Program-made: the position numbers and the translations under genes
Notes under the pieces: generated by a model
The model's input: the letters and a program-made list of their open reading frames with translations, nothing else
What the model was told of the DNA's origin: nothing
Database searches by the model: none
Source: Lingula anatina
Taxonomy: Eukaryota; Animalia; Brachiopoda
Direction of reading: 5' to 3'
Assembly (NCBI GenBank): GCA_051362555.1
Contig: CM120648.1
Location: forward strand, 7,808,587-7,872,586
DNA: 64,000 bases
Shown: piece after piece, positions 63,207 to 64,000 of the stretch
Layout: every line of letters starts with the position of its first letter
How positions within the stretch are numbered: position 1 is the first letter of the stretch

Positions 63207-64000
63207 CTGAAATATTATTATGATTTTATTCAAGAAAATTAATTGATATTTCTGCAAGTGTAAGCTGGCGCTGGGTATAATATTTAATGTGAATAAAATC
63301 CTTGTGACTGACAAGTGCAAATTATCAAAACCTTATGTCAAATAAGATCAAAACGAAAAAAATTTCCCAACATTTTTAGAACACTTACAAGAAGAAACCG
63401 AGTAGGACAACGGAATAAAAGACCAGTATACATAGATAAAGAAGATCTGAAAATGAAAATAAAAAACAGATATAATAACAACGTGCAGCATTCTTATTTA
63501 AATACCTCGTATCTTTTTGTTTTAGATACTATTTAACAAAAGCTATTCATAGACGTTGACCACCAGTTGTAAGCGCGCGAATAACTTTGCTCGTTCCCCT
63601 AACTTTGGAATTTGAAAAACCCGGTATATCGTGACCGAGAGTCCCCCGTGATAGGGAGTCTGCTTCCCATTCATTTGTACACGTAAGCCTTGCCCTAGAT
63701 TTTGGACCCACTTAGGCCAGTCCAACCCTACCCATTATAACTAAATAGAGGGTGGACTTTCTGTTACACGGTCCCTCAGTTTCGTTACACCGGTCTTGTT
63801 GGAAATTCTGTAAGTCTCTTTACGGCTCTGTGGAATCAAGTGCAATTTAATGTTTTATCAGTGGCTGATAAACGAAGCCCATAGTTCAGCTTATCCCTTA
63901 CACTTTCTTTAAGTTTAATCTAGTCAACCCGTTTACATCAAAATACGCAAATTTAACACTGTATGGGAACTCACCACTGCTTTCCTGTCTGCAATAGCTT

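Noticed and set aside
63968-64000. Minus-strand gtgagt donor as the next ABCG exon
   Set aside because: Translation does not resemble the expected TM segment and is truncated by the window edge.

Overview
AT-rich, intron-containing animal DNA, probably from a marine invertebrate. It is not prokaryotic, and most ORF-track entries are exon fragments or noise. Manual exon assembly gives a compact innate-immunity locus. (1) The 3' end of a TNF-superfamily ligand gene (+, 84-1176). (2) A 19-exon TNF-receptor-like gene on the minus strand (35758->5190, about 490 aa) that the ORF track almost entirely misses. It has a signal peptide, a cysteine-rich ectodomain, one TM helix and two tandem death-domain-like repeats, each split by duplicated 33-39 nt micro-exons. 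(3) A complete paralogous TNF ligand gene (+, 48710-52525, 377 aa), head-to-head with the receptor. (4) A RING/B-box-IRG GTPase fusion gene with one in-frame stop (+, 56642-59728). (5) The 3' end of an ABCG transporter (-). The two ligand paralogs have near-identical introns and UTRs but an excess of amino-acid changes in the TNF domain. Introns hold many DNA transposons, including a nest (Tc1 foldback > ISL2EU > Sola3 and CACTA > Kolobok-like MITE). All gene models were assembled by eye from splice signals and phase and have no transcript support here.
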